From the NCBI GenBank assembly GCA_013239625.1, contig MU053271.1, positions 26,112-90,111 of the forward strand: a stretch of DNA of 64,000 bases, read 5' to 3'. This document shows positions 39,441 through 53,129 of the stretch, piece after piece (the stretch's first letter is position 1; each line of letters opens with the position of its first letter). Position numbers and translations under genes: made by a program. Source of the DNA: Lama guanicoe (lineage: Eukaryota). The notes under the pieces were generated by a model, which was given only the letters and a program-made list of their open reading frames with translations, was not told where the DNA came from and made no database searches.

Positions 39441-39795
39441 ATGAGTGCAGTTTGTTTAGTGTGAGTGCAGATTCTAAGTATTAAGTATTGATAGAGGAAA
39501 AAAATAATTCCCTAAAGGCGTGATTGAGCCAAAGTAAGGAAATGATGTGGAATTTTTTTACATCTTACTTGTATGAAACATTAGTAAGTAGAGGTTTAAA
39601 TTTCTTCAAGTTTTCTGTCAAACCAGTTACGGCTTTAGCAAGCAGCAGAGTTTAGCATACATAGTTTTTTGTAAAATGATAACTTACTAAGGGATTAAGT
39701 GGAGTTGCTGAAACAAGTGTATTTTAAGAAATGTCTCTCTCTGGTGTCATGTGTCAGACTCAGACATATCGCTTGAGTTCTGTCTTTCTACAGAG

Positions 39796-40096
39796 CAGGG
39801 CCATACAAAGTAAATGCAACACAAGTCACATGTATAATTTACAATGATTATAACCACATTATAAAAAGTAAAAATAAACAGGAGAAATGACATGTAATAG
39901 TATTTTTACTTAACCCAATCTATCTAAAATAATATTTCAACATGTATTAAATACAAAAAGATTAATGAGATCTTTTTGCATTCTTTCTTCTGTACTAAGC
40001 CTTTGAAATCCAGTGTGTGTTTTATACTTAATGGAACATCTCAATTTTGTCTAGCCATGTCATGCTTGATGACTAATGGTTACTGTACTGGACCAG
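39796..40096. mobile_element. MER33-like hAT-Charlie element
   Basis: aaaaagtaaaaataaacagg...taacccaat...ttcaacatgta...tactaagcctttgaaatccagtgtgtgtttta...catctcaatt matches recalled MER33 consensus. Confidence 0.8.
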
Positions 40097-42120
40097 GCAA
40101 GACTATAGCTGTTTGCCTGTGTGACTATTGTTTAGAAGCTATAACAGGCTACGTCACTTCAGCCGTGTCACTTGAAAACTTCGGGACTCCACCTTTTTAG
40201 TGATGTTAGCTTTGCTAATAGAGGAAAATTCTCTTTCTTCACTAATCTGTCTGTGAATCTCCCAATATAAGAAAGATGGTCTGATCATAAAGGGCACATT
40301 ATGGCTTTTCAGGAAAACATTAATAACAATATCATGTGTTTAACTGTACATTGAACATGCCCCAAGTTATTATTCAAGGCTAAATTTCATGGTACAAACT
40401 ACCCAGCTTTTATACATCATTCACGGCAAGGTGTTACACATTGAAAAATCCTCACCAGAGAAAAGAACTTCTGTTCACAAGATCATCTTGAGAAAAATCT
40501 GACTATGTAGTAGGAAAGCCTCTCTTGTCTTGATACCACTAGACATGTGAAAATGTTCTCCACCAAGAACACTGGCATTTTCCCCTTTATAAGGTTTTTT
40601 TCAGTCATTCGTCAGTGTGCTACATATCATTTTTCTAAATAGTATTGTCAAATTATATTGAAAGAGATACATATGGAAAAAACACAGAAACCCATTCTGA
40701 CAGAAGTGGATTATTATACTTACTTGAGGGTAGGTGGTTTTTAGTTTAATTTCTTATCCCCAATTTCTATATACTATGGTTGTTTTCATGGTATATTCAG
40801 AAGGTCTTGAGCTATTTACAGCAACCTAGAAATCAGACCTGGGGACAAGGGAGAATAGCTGGGGAGCTGAAGACAAGTGCATTTCTCCTTGCCACTTGCA
40901 TGTGGGGCCACTGTGCATTTGAGAACTGTGAACCACAAACATGCCCGCTAGATAGAAAAGGGCTCCCTTAGCTTCTCAGCCTGGCTTCCTAAGTCCTCTT
41001 CTCTTCCTTTCTCTCTGCTCTACCTTATCTGCCCTCCCTCTGCTTTTCTCCACTTGTGAGACCTACAGACATGTAGCAACAGCTGAAGGACAATAGAAGC
41101 TAAAGCCAAGTGGGAAATCATAGTGTGTTTGGGCATAAAACATTGAAGGAATTTGCTGTATCACCTCATCACACACAGAGCCTATATTATATTTGATATT
41201 ATTAGCTTGTACTATTTTATTTTCAAAGTAGCTCAGTATCAGAAAGAATTATTCTGGCTATGAAGCAAAGACAATGTGCCAGTCTGTCTCCTTCCTCTCT
41301 TCTTCCTTTCCCCATCTTGCCCCTTACCGCCCTCATTCTATGCTCAGTCCCAAAGGACTTTGGTATTTATAATTCAGAATCTATTTGTTTCTACAAACAA
41401 TAGCCAGGAAACAATGCAAGGATCAAATCTGGCAAGAAAAAAAAACTCTCTGACTGCCATTTAACAACAACAACAACAACAAATCAACAACAACAGAATC
41501 CCAAAAATTCTCTAAAAATTGAATTTGAGGACACTTGCAAACAGTTTTTCTATAAGAAAACTAGACAGGATTTTATTTAAATCTGGCCTTTTCTATTAGA
41601 ATATTTTATAGTCTTTGTTAACTTAATCAAACAGTAGGCAAACAAGCTGTCCAGAACTGTGTGTCTTAATCTCTTCTGTAACAGTTATTAACATGATATC
41701 TAAAAAAAAAATGACTTGAACATATATGTAATAAATATTACTTACAATAGAAGCAACCACAAATCTCTTCGAAATACAAAGAAATCCCACATACACTAAC
41801 ACATCAAGGGGAAAAAAATCCTGATTTGGCTTTCAAAGTCATCAGTTTTATCCCCAGGAAATAGGTCCAATTTACTGACAGCTATAAGCTGGACAGTAAA
41901 TTAACTCTATAATATCATCTCTGCTGTTGTTAAACTATGGGTCCCATTCAAGAATCATCGTCCAGCTGTTCCACGAAGCCCACATAAAGATACACCAACC
42001 CTGAAAGTAACCTCTTTCCCAGTTTTTGCAAAGGCACAGGATTTATGGGGATCTATTAGGGAAGCCAGGCTAATAAAAACAGGAAAATACCCTAGTGCTC
42101 TTGGCAGTGCACTGTGCTTA

Positions 42121-42559
42121 TATAAACCTCTTAGAAGATATAGGCTAAACATTACCTGACATACATCTCAGCAATGTTCTCCTAGGGCAGTCTACCCCAG
42201 CAACAGAAAGAAAAGCACAAGTAAACAAACAAATGGGACCTAACTGAACTCACAAGCTTCCGCACAGCAAAGGAAACCGTAAGCAAAACAAAAAGACAAC
42301 CGACTGAATGGGAGAAAATACTCGCAAATGATTCGACTGACAGAGGCTTCATTTCCAGACTACATAATCAGCTCATACAACTTAATAACCAAAAAACAAA
42401 CAACCCAATCCAAAAATGGGCAGAAGACCTGAACACGCATTTCTCCAATGAAGACATACAAATGGCCAACAGGCACATGAAGAAATGCTCAATATCTCTC
42501 ATTATCAGATAAATGCAAATCAAAACTACACACCGGTCAGAAAGGCCATCATTCAACAA
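42121..42559 (+). mobile_element. Isolated internal L1 ORF2 fragment, near-identical to 35215-35656
   Basis: Shares private changes with that copy (aaacaaacaaatggg insertion, loss of atgaggtatcacctca, gattcgactgacagagg); no 3'UTR or poly(A). Confidence 0.92.
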
Positions 42560-44459
42560 GTGTTTAAGCTTCTCTGTCCGAGGTGATATTCTTGCTCTTC
42601 AGTGAATGAAATTCTAGGGGAAGCTAGCCAATAATGTTCAACAATGCAGTCTATGGAGCGTGACTAGGAATAAATAAATCTGTCCAATGAAAAGTTTGTT
42701 TCTAACAAGTCCTATTTTCTCCCATGGTTTTCTCTGCCCTCAAACTGCAAATGTCTATAGTAATGACAGTCATCAAATTCCTCCTAAGAGCAGAGTGATG
42801 GGTATGGCAAAACAGGACTGACAGAACATTAGAAATAAAAGCATGTCTTTCCTTCTTACTTTTTAAACCTTTTGTGATGTTCTTTTCTAGAGCCAAATCT
42901 TCCATTCCATAAGGAAAAAAAACACAGCCACTTCTCAGAAGCAACACCTGGAAGAGGTCCTAAGGATGTTATGGACATCTGTTTGCTTTCATTTGCTTAG
43001 AAACCAAGACACAGAGTTAACTCTCAACTTTCCCAGCTTACCCCTTCAAAATAGTTTTTGAATCCTGACTCCTCTCTAGCTAGGTTATCTGGGATACATT
43101 TGCTAGTCTCTGCACCTCAGTTTCCTCATTTTAACACAGTATCTACCAATAGGATTGCTAAAAAGATTAAAGCTCTTGAAAGAGGGCCAGGCATGTCGTA
43201 GTTTCTCAACATGATGAGAACTTAGCATTTGCTGTGGTGTGGAGGTGGCCTTTCGTTGCTTCACTACCTAGCAGAAAAGATGGTTTGGGAGGGCTGTGTG
43301 TCAACGCACCCAACTGGAGGTGCAGAGGGAGGTGAAATTGATAGTTTCACAATCTCTGACTTATTCCCTTGTGTTTCAGACAGTGTGTTGAATTCTCAGG
43401 GTCTTATCTAAGACAGAGAGAAAATTTAATAGTAATGATACAGGATGAACGTTTTCATGGCAAAAACTGAACCAGAAAAATACACACTGATTCTAATTTT
43501 ATTGTAGATAAAATTAATTAGGTAAGCAAGAATATAGATTGATAGATGATTGATAGATAAATAGATATAAAGTTATATTTCAGTTATATCACAGGTAGTT
43601 CTTGAGATATGGAGTATTTGATCAGTTAATATATATGCATGCACGTTAAAATTGGTAAGCATTAATATAATAAATTCCATCTGCTATAATTACAGTCTTA
43701 TGTTACAGCAGGGATTACCAACAACCTTATGTTGTACCAACTACAGGTTCTCAATATTAGGAAAAATAAATAAAAGCTAATACATTTCTCTAAAAAGTTA
43801 ACTGCCAAACACTGCAAAGCACCTCCTTACAGGGGTAACATTCAAGTTGATTAATACAATATTTTTTCCCACAAGTGGAATCATGTCCCTATAATTCAAG
43901 GATCCTGATGAAGTAATGGTAAAGTGAAATTTTTGGCAACTGGCAATATAGCCATATTATATAGATCATTTTTGTTATGATTTGTCAAAGAATCTTAAAT
44001 TTTCTCCTAACTAAACTTGAACAAGCACAAATTATAGATCTCTTTCCATATTCTCTGCAATAACATTTGCAGTAAATTTAATTTATACTACTGTCCCAGG
44101 TATCCAGTGCTATACTGTCATTGAGATTATTGAAATGGTAGTTCTGCTAGATGATCTAGCAATCCAAATGGCAGAACTTGGACCAACCTCGTCTATATTA
44201 AAATTACCTTCTCTGTAAGGAACCTATAATTCTTTCCTTTTCTTTCACAATTTTGCCTCTATTTTGAGTTTTATGAATAATTGCTTTTCTACTAATCAAA
44301 AACAAATTCTAGTATACTAGATACACTACCATTGATCACTGTAAGTACTAATGTACTTATATAGTACTAACGTACTACTGTGGTGGGGCTCCCATGGGCC
44401 GCAGGACCACCTGGCCCACAAGGTGCCAGGGACCCAACTCCACTTCCCCTTTGCAATTT

Positions 44460-45620
44460 ACACCTGAGCAATATCCAGCATGATGTGTCTGAAGAACTAA
44501 AAGAAAGCCAAGATCACTGACATACTCAGTGGCATGAAGTGGACAGACAAGGAGGCAGGGACCAGATCACACAAGGACTTGTAGGCTGAGGGGAGGAGTT
44601 CCATTTTCATTCTAGGTCTGGTGGGAAATGACAGGGTCCAGTTTGCATATTTGAGAGATGCCTCTGGTAGCTCGCTGGGGATGGGCTGGACAGAGGCAAG
44701 AGGGGGAGGGGACATCGTGTCAAATTGGACCGAAGAAGGCAGAACTACGGAGAGAGTAAAAAGATTAGTGGTTGCCAGGGGGCTGGAGAGGTGGAAGGGA
44801 TGAAGAGGTGGAGCACAGAGGATTTTTAGGGCAGTGAAACGAGTCTGTATGACACTACACAATGGCAGCTACAAGTCATCACACACTTGTCAAAACCCAT
44901 AGGAATGGGTTCAGCGCCATGCGGGAACCCTCCTGTAAACTATGGACTTTGGGTGATGACGTGTCCATGTAGGTTCACCGACTGTAACCAGCGTTCACTA
45001 GTGGGGGTTGCTGACAGTGGGGGAGGTGGTGCCAGTAGGGGGAGAAAGGGTACACAGGAAATCTCCGTACTTTGTACTCAATTTTGCAGGGAACCTACCT
45101 AAAACTGCTCTAAAACATAGAGTTCATCTGTTAAAAACATTAAATTCACCTGTTTCTGTTCACTTTTTAAAAATGTGGCCGTAAGTAAAGGTAAACTTTC
45201 ACATGTGCCTCTCATAGTGTCTCTCCAGGCTAACACGGAGTGAGAAGGGATGGTGGTGGTTTGGACTAGGGCAGTGGTGGGAGAGGTGCAGTGGAGAAGA
45301 CACAGCTGGGATGGGTCTTTGGAGAGAGCACTGGCAGCTCTTGCTGTTAAACTGGATGTCGGGGGTGAGGGAGAGGAAGGGGAGTATCAGAAATGGTAGC
45401 GTTGGTTCTGGCTTGAGCACGTGGATGCACAGTGGTATCACTGCCTTGAATGGGGAAGACTTAGGGGAGGCGAAACTTTGGGAGGCAGGTGGGGGTGGGG
45501 AGCTGCATATTCCTTTGGGACAAAGTGAGTTTGAGGTACCTGTAAGATGCCAAATAGCTATGTCAAGCAGACAGTTGGATGTCTGGGCCTGGTCCTCAGG
45601 AGCAAAGTCTGGGGAGAAGA
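44460..45620 (-). mobile_element. L2 relic interrupted by an old L1 3' end (about 44720-45200, plus strand)
   Basis: Purine-rich L2 antisense pattern (gagtttgaggtacctg...cagttggatgtctggg); insert has aaaagattagtggttgccagggg...gtcaaaacccatag...gtaaactatggactttggg. Confidence 0.7.
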
Positions 45621-46444
45621 TCTCAATTTGGAAGCAACCACTTGGGAAAAAACAAGGTCCCTCCTCTGGGTCTGAATCTCACCACAGACAGACAGTCAGA
45701 CACAGATGGACAAAGATGTCAGTGCACACCCGTGCTCTCCCAGTTACAGCAAAACCTTCTGAATATGCAAATGTTCTCTCTGGACAACCTGTGGTCTCTG
45801 CAAGTCACCAATTCTGCCACTTTGCTCCCCTCCCCCCAGCCCCTAAACTCCCTTTCTGGGTTCCCACCTCCCAAACTTCCCTGGCAAAAACTATGGCACA
45901 GAGGCCCACCGCAGACAGCCTTTGCCAGTGAGCTGTGGGTCAGGATGTTTGCACAAATGCCTCACAGCATCATTTATCTTGAGGGATGTCAACTCAAAAA
46001 ATGTTAGTTCATGTCAGTTGCTGGAAATGCCAAAAATCAGCTTTCTTTCATCAGAAAATGGAATAATTAACTTTGCAACTGTGTCCCAATCTGCTAATTA
46101 ATGGGTTTTCCCCATGTGATTTGTCAGGCTACACAGCGAGCAGAATAGCAGCCTGGGCCCCTGGAGGATTCCTGCCTCCCCTCCTCTCCACCCTCGGAGT
46201 CAGAGTTGGAAGAAGTTACAGGAAAACCAGTGGAGGAAAGCAAGGCTGGAGGAAAACGCTGCTACTTAGGGACCGAGAGTTCTCCTTTTCCTTTCAAAAT
46301 CCATCTCTCACCACTTGGCTCTCCCACATTGCTGTCCCCAGCTGATCTCAAAATTGTGGTGGTTAGTCTTAGTTGACGGGCTCAGCCAACACCTGTCACC
46401 CAAACTTGGAGGTCAAATCAGATGCCTCTCTCCCTCACCCGAGA

Positions 46445-46692
46445 TGGTAGGGGGCAGTGGTTAAATCCTGGAGGTAGACAGATGTGGGCTGCAGTGGCAG
46501 TCTGAGTTCCTACCAGCTGTGCGTCCAAAGCAAAACACTCCCCTGGCTCCCCTGCCAACCACCTCATTTCTAAAATGGGATTCGTAGTAGACCTACATCA
46601 GCAGGTTATTGGAAGCTTAAAGAAGATGACAAACACAAAGCCACGGGCATGCCGTTTCAGACGTGGTAAGTCCTCAACAAACAGGGCTATTA
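46445..46692 (+). mobile_element. MIR SINE relic
   Basis: gcagtggttaa...taccagctgtg...cctcatttctaaaatggga...acctacatcagcaggttattg...tggtaagtcctcaacaaa. Confidence 0.7.
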
Positions 46693-46828
46693 GTGCACCT
46701 CTTACCCGTCTCCACCTATACTGCCCCTGACATGGCTCAAGCGCCTCCTCTGACCACTTCTTCAATGAGGGTCAGTTCATCCCCACTGTGAGTGCTAGAC
46801 AAGTTTTCCCACTGTGCAAATGTGAGCA

Positions 46829-48410
46829 TGTGGTGGGCTAGACTACTGGTCCCAATTCTTACTCCACTGTATCAGGACTATCCATCCATACCCTTTGCCT
46901 GTAGCTCTGCAGAGCCTCCCGCTGTAGATGGAGTGTACTGCCCCACGCCACTGAATGTGTCGAGTATTTTTAAATTTTAATTGTGGTGAAATACACATAA
47001 TTCACCACTTTCTCCAGCAAGCTACTATCAACATTGGCTGCTAATAGCTTTTACCCCCTCCTTTCTCTGGAGAATTGCCATTGCCCAAACAGGATCTGCC
47101 AGCTTGTAGCCAGTGATTGACTGACAAGGGAGGGGCCTTTCCAAGGGCCTTAAGACGGGACCAAGGCCGGGGTGCCCTTTTTGCCTCTCCATTGGACCAT
47201 GTTGAAGTTGACCTCCAGCTGACAGCACATCCTGACTTAATATTCTTCATCTGCTTTATTGTGTTTCCTTAACTTTCCTTCTCCTGAGAGCAGTCCCCTG
47301 CTAAAACATTTTCACAATAACCCCCATGAGCAGTAACAGATGGTTGTCTTAAGCCACTGACTATTGAGGTGTTTTGTTACGTGGCATTATGAACTGATAC
47401 AATTAGAGCACATAATACACGGAATTCTATCCAGCCATTAAAAACAATGATGAGGGCTTTACATATTGACTCCAAAACAAGTCAACAAGGCAATGTTGCT
47501 TGAAAAACAAAGTTGGCCCCAATAGAGCACATATAGCAGCATTTTTCTGTTAAAGAAAGTTAGTATGTGCTTCCATGAGAGATTCAGGTACAGAGAAATG
47601 TCTGGCTGGGACTTCAGTGGTTAACAGTGTCTATTACTGTGTGGTGGGATTATAGACAATATATTCCTTTTGTCTTTCCACTTATTTTATACCATTTGGT
47701 GTTTAAATTGAATTTTCTTTTTTATCTGAATTAAAGTTCTTTAAAAAAATATTTACCAACTTAACCATATTTAACCATACACTTTAGCAGTGTTAAGTAC
47801 CTTCACATCATTATGCAACAAAACTCCAGAACTCTTTTCATCTTGTAAAACTGAAACTCTATCAATTGACCAACAATTCCCCATTTCTCCCTCCCCTCAC
47901 CTCTAGCAACCACCATCCTACTTTCTTTTCTGTCTCTATGAATTTGACTACTCTAGGTACCTAACATAAGTAGAGTCATACAGTATTTGTCCTTTCTTAT
48001 TTCACTCAGCATAATGTACTCCTGGTTCATCCATGTTGCAGTCTGTGTCAGAATCTCCTTCCTTTTTAAGGCTGACTAATATTCCTACTGATGTTGGGCT
48101 TAGCCATGTGACCTGCTCTGTCCAGTGAAATGTTAGAAGGATATGATGCATGCAGGAGCTTTACATGTGCTTGCATAGCTTAGCTTGGTTTCATGTACTC
48201 TGATGAAATGCCATGTGAAAATTAGGCCCCAGATAGCTGCTGACTCTTCATCCTGGATCCCAAAATGAAGACACAGCAGACCTGAGCCCAGATGGAAGCC
48301 TGGAGTCCAGCCTGGCCCAGCCAAACCCAGTCAAGGTTAACTAAAAGTCAGATGACCTGTGAACATTAAAATACATCTTTGGGATTGTTTGTTAATGCAG
48401 CAAAAACTAC
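46829..48410 (+). mobile_element. MLT1 (MaLR) LTR split by nested inserts including an antisense L1MB-like 3' end (about 47740-48086)
   Basis: tgtggtgggctaga...ggagtgtactgcccc continues at 48090 gatgttgggcttagccatgtgacctgc...tttgggattgtttgtta. Confidence 0.65.
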
Positions 48411-49104
48411 TCCCCTGCAATGCCACCTCTGCCCAGAGCCCTTCCTCCCTGGGTGCATTAAATGTGTACTTCCTGAATAGAGATGGAGGCTCTCACCTTA
48501 AGAGAGCTCTTGATCACCATCTTGTCCCTGCTATAGGCGTGCCTTCTCCCATCACAAGAATACCACCAGGCAACTCACAGACCACAAATGCTCATAGACT
48601 AAATTGGGATGTTTAAATCACGATGTTCATTAAACCAATTAAGACACAAAGCAAAAAAAAATCAAGAAAAAAAGATTTGAGGTTGGTTGGCACATTTAAG
48701 ATGGGGTACATCTTAAATGGGTGGGTGGAAGGACCAAATGACCCCAGAACCCTGAGGTACGCAATGTTCATATGTCCTGTCTCTCTGTCACATCAGCCTT
48801 CCCTGCTGATGCATGGTTCAGAGGACCAGAGTTAAAGTTTCAGCAAGGGGGTCCAATAGACAGAAGGTGCTGGGGTCACACACATGAGTCTATTGAAGAG
48901 ATAAAGTCAAGTACATATGCCTAGACCCTGCTGCAGCTGGACCACTCACCTCTGAACAGCCATGGGTTTTACCTGCATTTCTTGGACAGACCATATGTTG
49001 GGGCTGAACAAGACCAGGATTGGTAACACCAGGTCAATTTAGGGATGACCTAGCTGTCAAATGAGAAGTGGCGCAATCATGACGTGGCCTTTCCACCCAT
49101 TTCT

Positions 49105-49264
49105 ATTTTTTTTTAACATTTTTTATTGATTCATAATCATTTTACAGTGTTGTGTCAAATTCCAGTGTTCAGCACAATTTTTCAGTCATTCATGGACATA
49201 TACACACTCATTGTCACATTTTTTTCTCTGTGATTTATCATAACATTTTGTGTATATTTCCCTG
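49105..49264 (-). mobile_element. Young L1 3' end (rest lies in N gap)
   Basis: Poly(T) then reverse complement of the 3'UTR seen at 54770-54915. Confidence 0.9.
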
Positions 49265-50545
49265 NNNNNNNNNNNNNNNNNNNNNNNNNNNNNNNNNNNN
49301 NNNNNNNNNNNNNNNNNNNNNNNNNNNNNNNNNNNNNNNNNNNNNNNNNNNNNNNNNNNNNNNNNNNNNNNNNNNNNNNNNNNNNNNNNNNNNNNNNNNN
49401 NNNNNNNNNNNNNNNNNNNNNNNNNNNNNNNNNNNNNNNNNNNNNNNNNNNNNNNNNNNNNNNNNNNNNNNNNNNNNNNNNNNNNNNNNNNNNNNNNNNN
49501 NNNNNNNNNNNNNNNNNNNNNNNNNNNNNNNNNNNNNNNNNNNNNNNNNNNNNNNNNNNNNNNNNNNNNNNNNNNNNNNNNNNNNNNNNNNNNNNNNNNN
49601 NNNNNNNNNNNNNNNNNNNNNNNNNNNNNNNNNNNNNNNNNNNNNNNNNNNNNNNNNNNNNNNNNNNNNNNNNNNNNNNNNNNNNNNNNNNNNNNNNNNN
49701 NNNNNNNNNNNNNNNNNNNNNNNNNNNNNNNNNNNNNNNNNNNNNNNNNNNNNNNNNNNNNNNNNNNNNNNNNNNNNNNNNNNNNNNNNNNNNNNNNNNN
49801 NNNNNNNNNNNNNNNNNNNNNNNNNNNNNNNNNNNNNNNNNNNNNNNNNNNNNNNNNNNNNNNNNNNNNNNNNNNNNNNNNNNNNNNNNNNNNNNNNNNN
49901 NNNNNNNNNNNNNNNNNNNNNNNNNNNNNNNNNNNNNNNNNNNNNNNNNNNNNNNNNNNNNNNNNNNNNNNNNNNNNNNNNNNNNNNNNNNNNNNNNNNN
50001 NNNNNNNNNNNNNNNNNNNNNNNNNNNNNNNNNNNNNNNNNNNNNNNNNNNNNNNNNNNNNNNNNNNNNNNNNNNNNNNNNNNNNNNNNNNNNNNNNNNN
50101 NNNNNNNNNNNNNNNNNNNNNNNNNNNNNNNGGGGACAATTCTCATTCATGTATTCATTTAACACGTATTTATGAGTGCCCACCAGGTGCCAGGCACTGA
50201 GCAGGTGCTAAAGACAGGCGGATGAGTAAAACAGACATAGTCTCCCAAATCACAGGCCTCTCCAAGAATACCCCATTCCAGGCCCCATCCTGCTCTGTAA
50301 TCTGGAAGGTTCACCCCCGAAAGCAGCGCCTGCCAGATGAAAGCAGGCTCCGGGAAGCTCTGAGTACTCATGGCCTCTAAGCCCATCTTGCACTCCACTC
50401 TTCATCCTGCTCCCTGGCTTCTGGCCTCTGGGTCTATTTCCTGTTATCAGCCCACTGCTTGGATTTCTGACTCTCTGACTTCTGATTTCCCTCATAAATT
50501 CAAGCCCCAAACCAGACCCAGGTATTGCAGCCTTGACCTCAGCAT

Positions 50546-50622
50546 CAGCACCCGGAAGTCCACCCCACCAGTCCGGAAGTCCACTCCACCAGTCTGGAAG
50601 TCCAAGGCACCAGTCTGGAAGT
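50546..50622 (+). repeat. 21-bp minisatellite, about 3.6 units, carrying ETS-type CCGGAAGT/CTGGAAGT cores
   Basis: cagcacccggaagtccaccc|caccagtccggaagtccactc|caccagtctggaagtccaagg|caccagtctggaagt. Confidence 0.85.
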
Positions 50623-51498
50623 AGTTTTGGCCTCACTCTTCCCTGCGCCTCCATGGGCCAGTGCCTGCCTTCCATAAATACAGCGTTATCCGTGGGCTGG
50701 GCTGGCTCTCCACTTCCCCTCAGGCCCATGAGCCATTGTGCCCCGCCACTGAGGCACAACTCGGAAGCACCATCTCTTTGGGCTCTTTTTCCTGCTCTGT
50801 CTGAACTGAGCTCATTTACTTAAAATTAGTTGGGAATGAAAAAAGCCCCTAGTTTATCAGCATGCTGTGATTCCCCTCCTGCCATCCCCCTGCAGCATGA
50901 TGGATTGCCTGGTGCTGGGACACAGCCCCAGTCAAGGAGTCAGCAAGCTCCACATGGTCCCCGGCACAGACAGGGAGGCCCAGTCCTGACCATGATTCAT
51001 TAGCTCCGCAAAGCCTATTGAGCGGAGTTCCATCAAGACTGATGCTTTCTCCTTGTAACAGCATTTCCAAAAAGTTTCTATTACATTTTGATTATGTTTA
51101 TAGCATCTCGCTGGTCTAGGGGAAGATGCAATCTTGTTCCCAGTGTGTGTCTTCGTGGGCTGTCTCCGTGACTTGCATGGCCCTGCCTGCTTGGCCTCTG
51201 TCCCCGAGAGCCCGTCACTTGCTGGGCAGTGAGAAAGACCTCTGTTGCCTCTCAAGATCAGGTTCGAGGAAGCCAGGATCCACTCACCTGGTGCCCAAAG
51301 TCCAGTCTCAGGCAGCTCTGATTTTTGAGCACAAACCCCAAAGGTGTTCTAAGGCCTGGTAGGTAAAGAGAAAACCGGAGAGCACAGATGTTTCCTGAGG
51401 CCTGCTAGATATCGGGGAAAACCCCCATTTGTCTACCTGGTTCCCATGGGCACAGTACAGGGCCTTGTCAAATGTCTGGTAAACTCCGTATTTAAATT

Positions 51499-51530
51499 GT
51501 GTGTATGTGTGTGTGTGTGTGTGTGTGTGT
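51499..51530. repeat. (TG)n microsatellite
   Basis: Direct observation; other (CA/TA)n tracts at 8060-8140, 27470-27545 and 32683-32720. Confidence 0.95.
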
Positions 51531-52204
51531 TGTGTATCATAGGTCATCCCACAGGGGATCTGAGTGATTTACAGGAAATGGTGAAAAATGAATAAAGAAT
51601 AAGAATTAGGACCAGGAAAATGCAAATCAGCTAAAAATGTTAAGACCAAAAGTAAAAAATAAAATATATATACAGCAATATATATCTACTTTATTTTCTA
51701 CTTACATGAGATGACGGATGTACACTAAACTTACTATGATAATCACTTGAAGATGTATGTAAATCAAATCATTATGTCATACACCTTAAACTTATATCAT
51801 GCTGTTTGTCAATTATATCTTAATAAAACTGGAAGGAAAAAAATTAAATTAAAATAATACATATTTATATAATATATAAGTAAATATATATCTAAATACA
51901 TATTATTTTAAGTTTATATTTTATCTTAATATATAATTACTAAATATAATGATAATTTATATATATATATAAAGTAAGATCCCACACAGCCTATGCTTCG
52001 GCTTTTAATTTGGTCTGAGTTTCCTGATAGTCAAAGAGAAAAAGGAAACAAAATTAGTTACTTAGGTCTTACTGTCATTAATAAAAGAATGAAAAAAGCC
52101 AGTTCCCCAAGGGACTCTTAGGGTTTCTTCAATTGTGAGTCTAAAGGAAATTTCGTATTAGGGAGTTCTTAATTACAGACTGTAAGAAATGTGTTAAGCC
52201 AGTT

Positions 52205-52379
52205 AAAATGTTTCTCATTCTGACACTACTGACATTTTTGGATGGATAAGTTTTGCTGTGGTGGGGTCCATGCAGTACATTATAGAGTGTTGGCCTCTAC
52301 CCACTAGATGCCCCTTGCATCCCCCTCCTCAGCTGAGACAACCAAAATGTCTCCAGACACTGTCAAATGTCCCCTGGGG
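52205..52379. mobile_element. MER20-like hAT MITE
   Basis: cactactgacattttt...ggcctctacccactagatgcc...gacaaccaaaatgtctccagacactgtcaaatgtcccctgggg. Confidence 0.85.
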
Positions 52380-52556
52380 CAGAGTTACTAGATTTAGCAA
52401 CGAGAAATTCAGGATGCCCAGTAAAATTTGCGCTACAGATAAATAACGAAAAATATTTTAAGTATGCCCCATGCAATATTTGGGACATACTTATACTAAA
52501 GAATCATTCCACTTTTTATCTGAAATTCAAATCTAACTGAGAATCCTGTATTTTAT
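52380..52556. mobile_element. MER53-like palindromic hAT MITE
   Basis: agatttagcaa...caggatgcccag...aagtatgccccatgcaatatttgggacatactta...tctgaaattcaaat...tcctgtatttta. Confidence 0.85.
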
Positions 52557-53129
52557 TAAATGACCCCTCCTGATGAACAACATCTTTTGGTGGGAACAAG
52601 ATCCCCAGGATACACTGCAAGGAGCCCACTCCCTACATCAGATTTTTTTAAGTGTTATAATAGTGAAAATGTGTTTTCCCCCCAGTGCTTCTATTTATTT
52701 ACATGTAACCAACAATTTGTCTTCTGTTTCATATCTTTTTTAACTGTGAAACCCCACTGTGAAGTATCTTGCAAATAAGTTGTACAAATGTTTTTATCAA
52801 AAAAAACCTCTGATTGATTAAACACTGAGTTAATGCCCTCAAGATAGCAGATAATGGAGCCAGGGGGTTCCAGAAAGCTCTTTCTTGTAGCATCTATACA
52901 ACAAGAAGATAACTCTACAATGCAATTTTTTAAAAGCAATTCTTTGTAATTCTAAATAATATCCTTCTACATCATTTTCTGCTTGATGCAAGGTTAAAAC
53001 CTAGAGATACTTCACTACAACCTGCCCCTAGCCTACCTGCCCAGAATCCCTTGGCAAAAAGGTAACAGGTGAGTTTCACCTGCTGGCTTGGAATGACCCC
53101 ATGCTGGGCTTCCTGTGGCCATTGGGATT

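Noticed and set aside
38040..40600. Exon-like stretches at about 38058-38130 (+) and 40455-40590 (-)
   Set aside because: Splice-like words only; frames contain stops and match no protein I recognise.
43560..44450. AT-rich stretch that might be an ancient DNA transposon interior
   Set aside because: No terminal repeats or transposase motif could be confirmed by eye.
49152..50200. ORFs of over 300 aa, and similar ones at 1822-2532 and 23795-24160
   Set aside because: They consist of X residues from N gaps.
50546..50622. Short regularly spaced repeats as a CRISPR-like array
   Set aside because: Units are contiguous with no unique spacers, and the DNA is mammalian.
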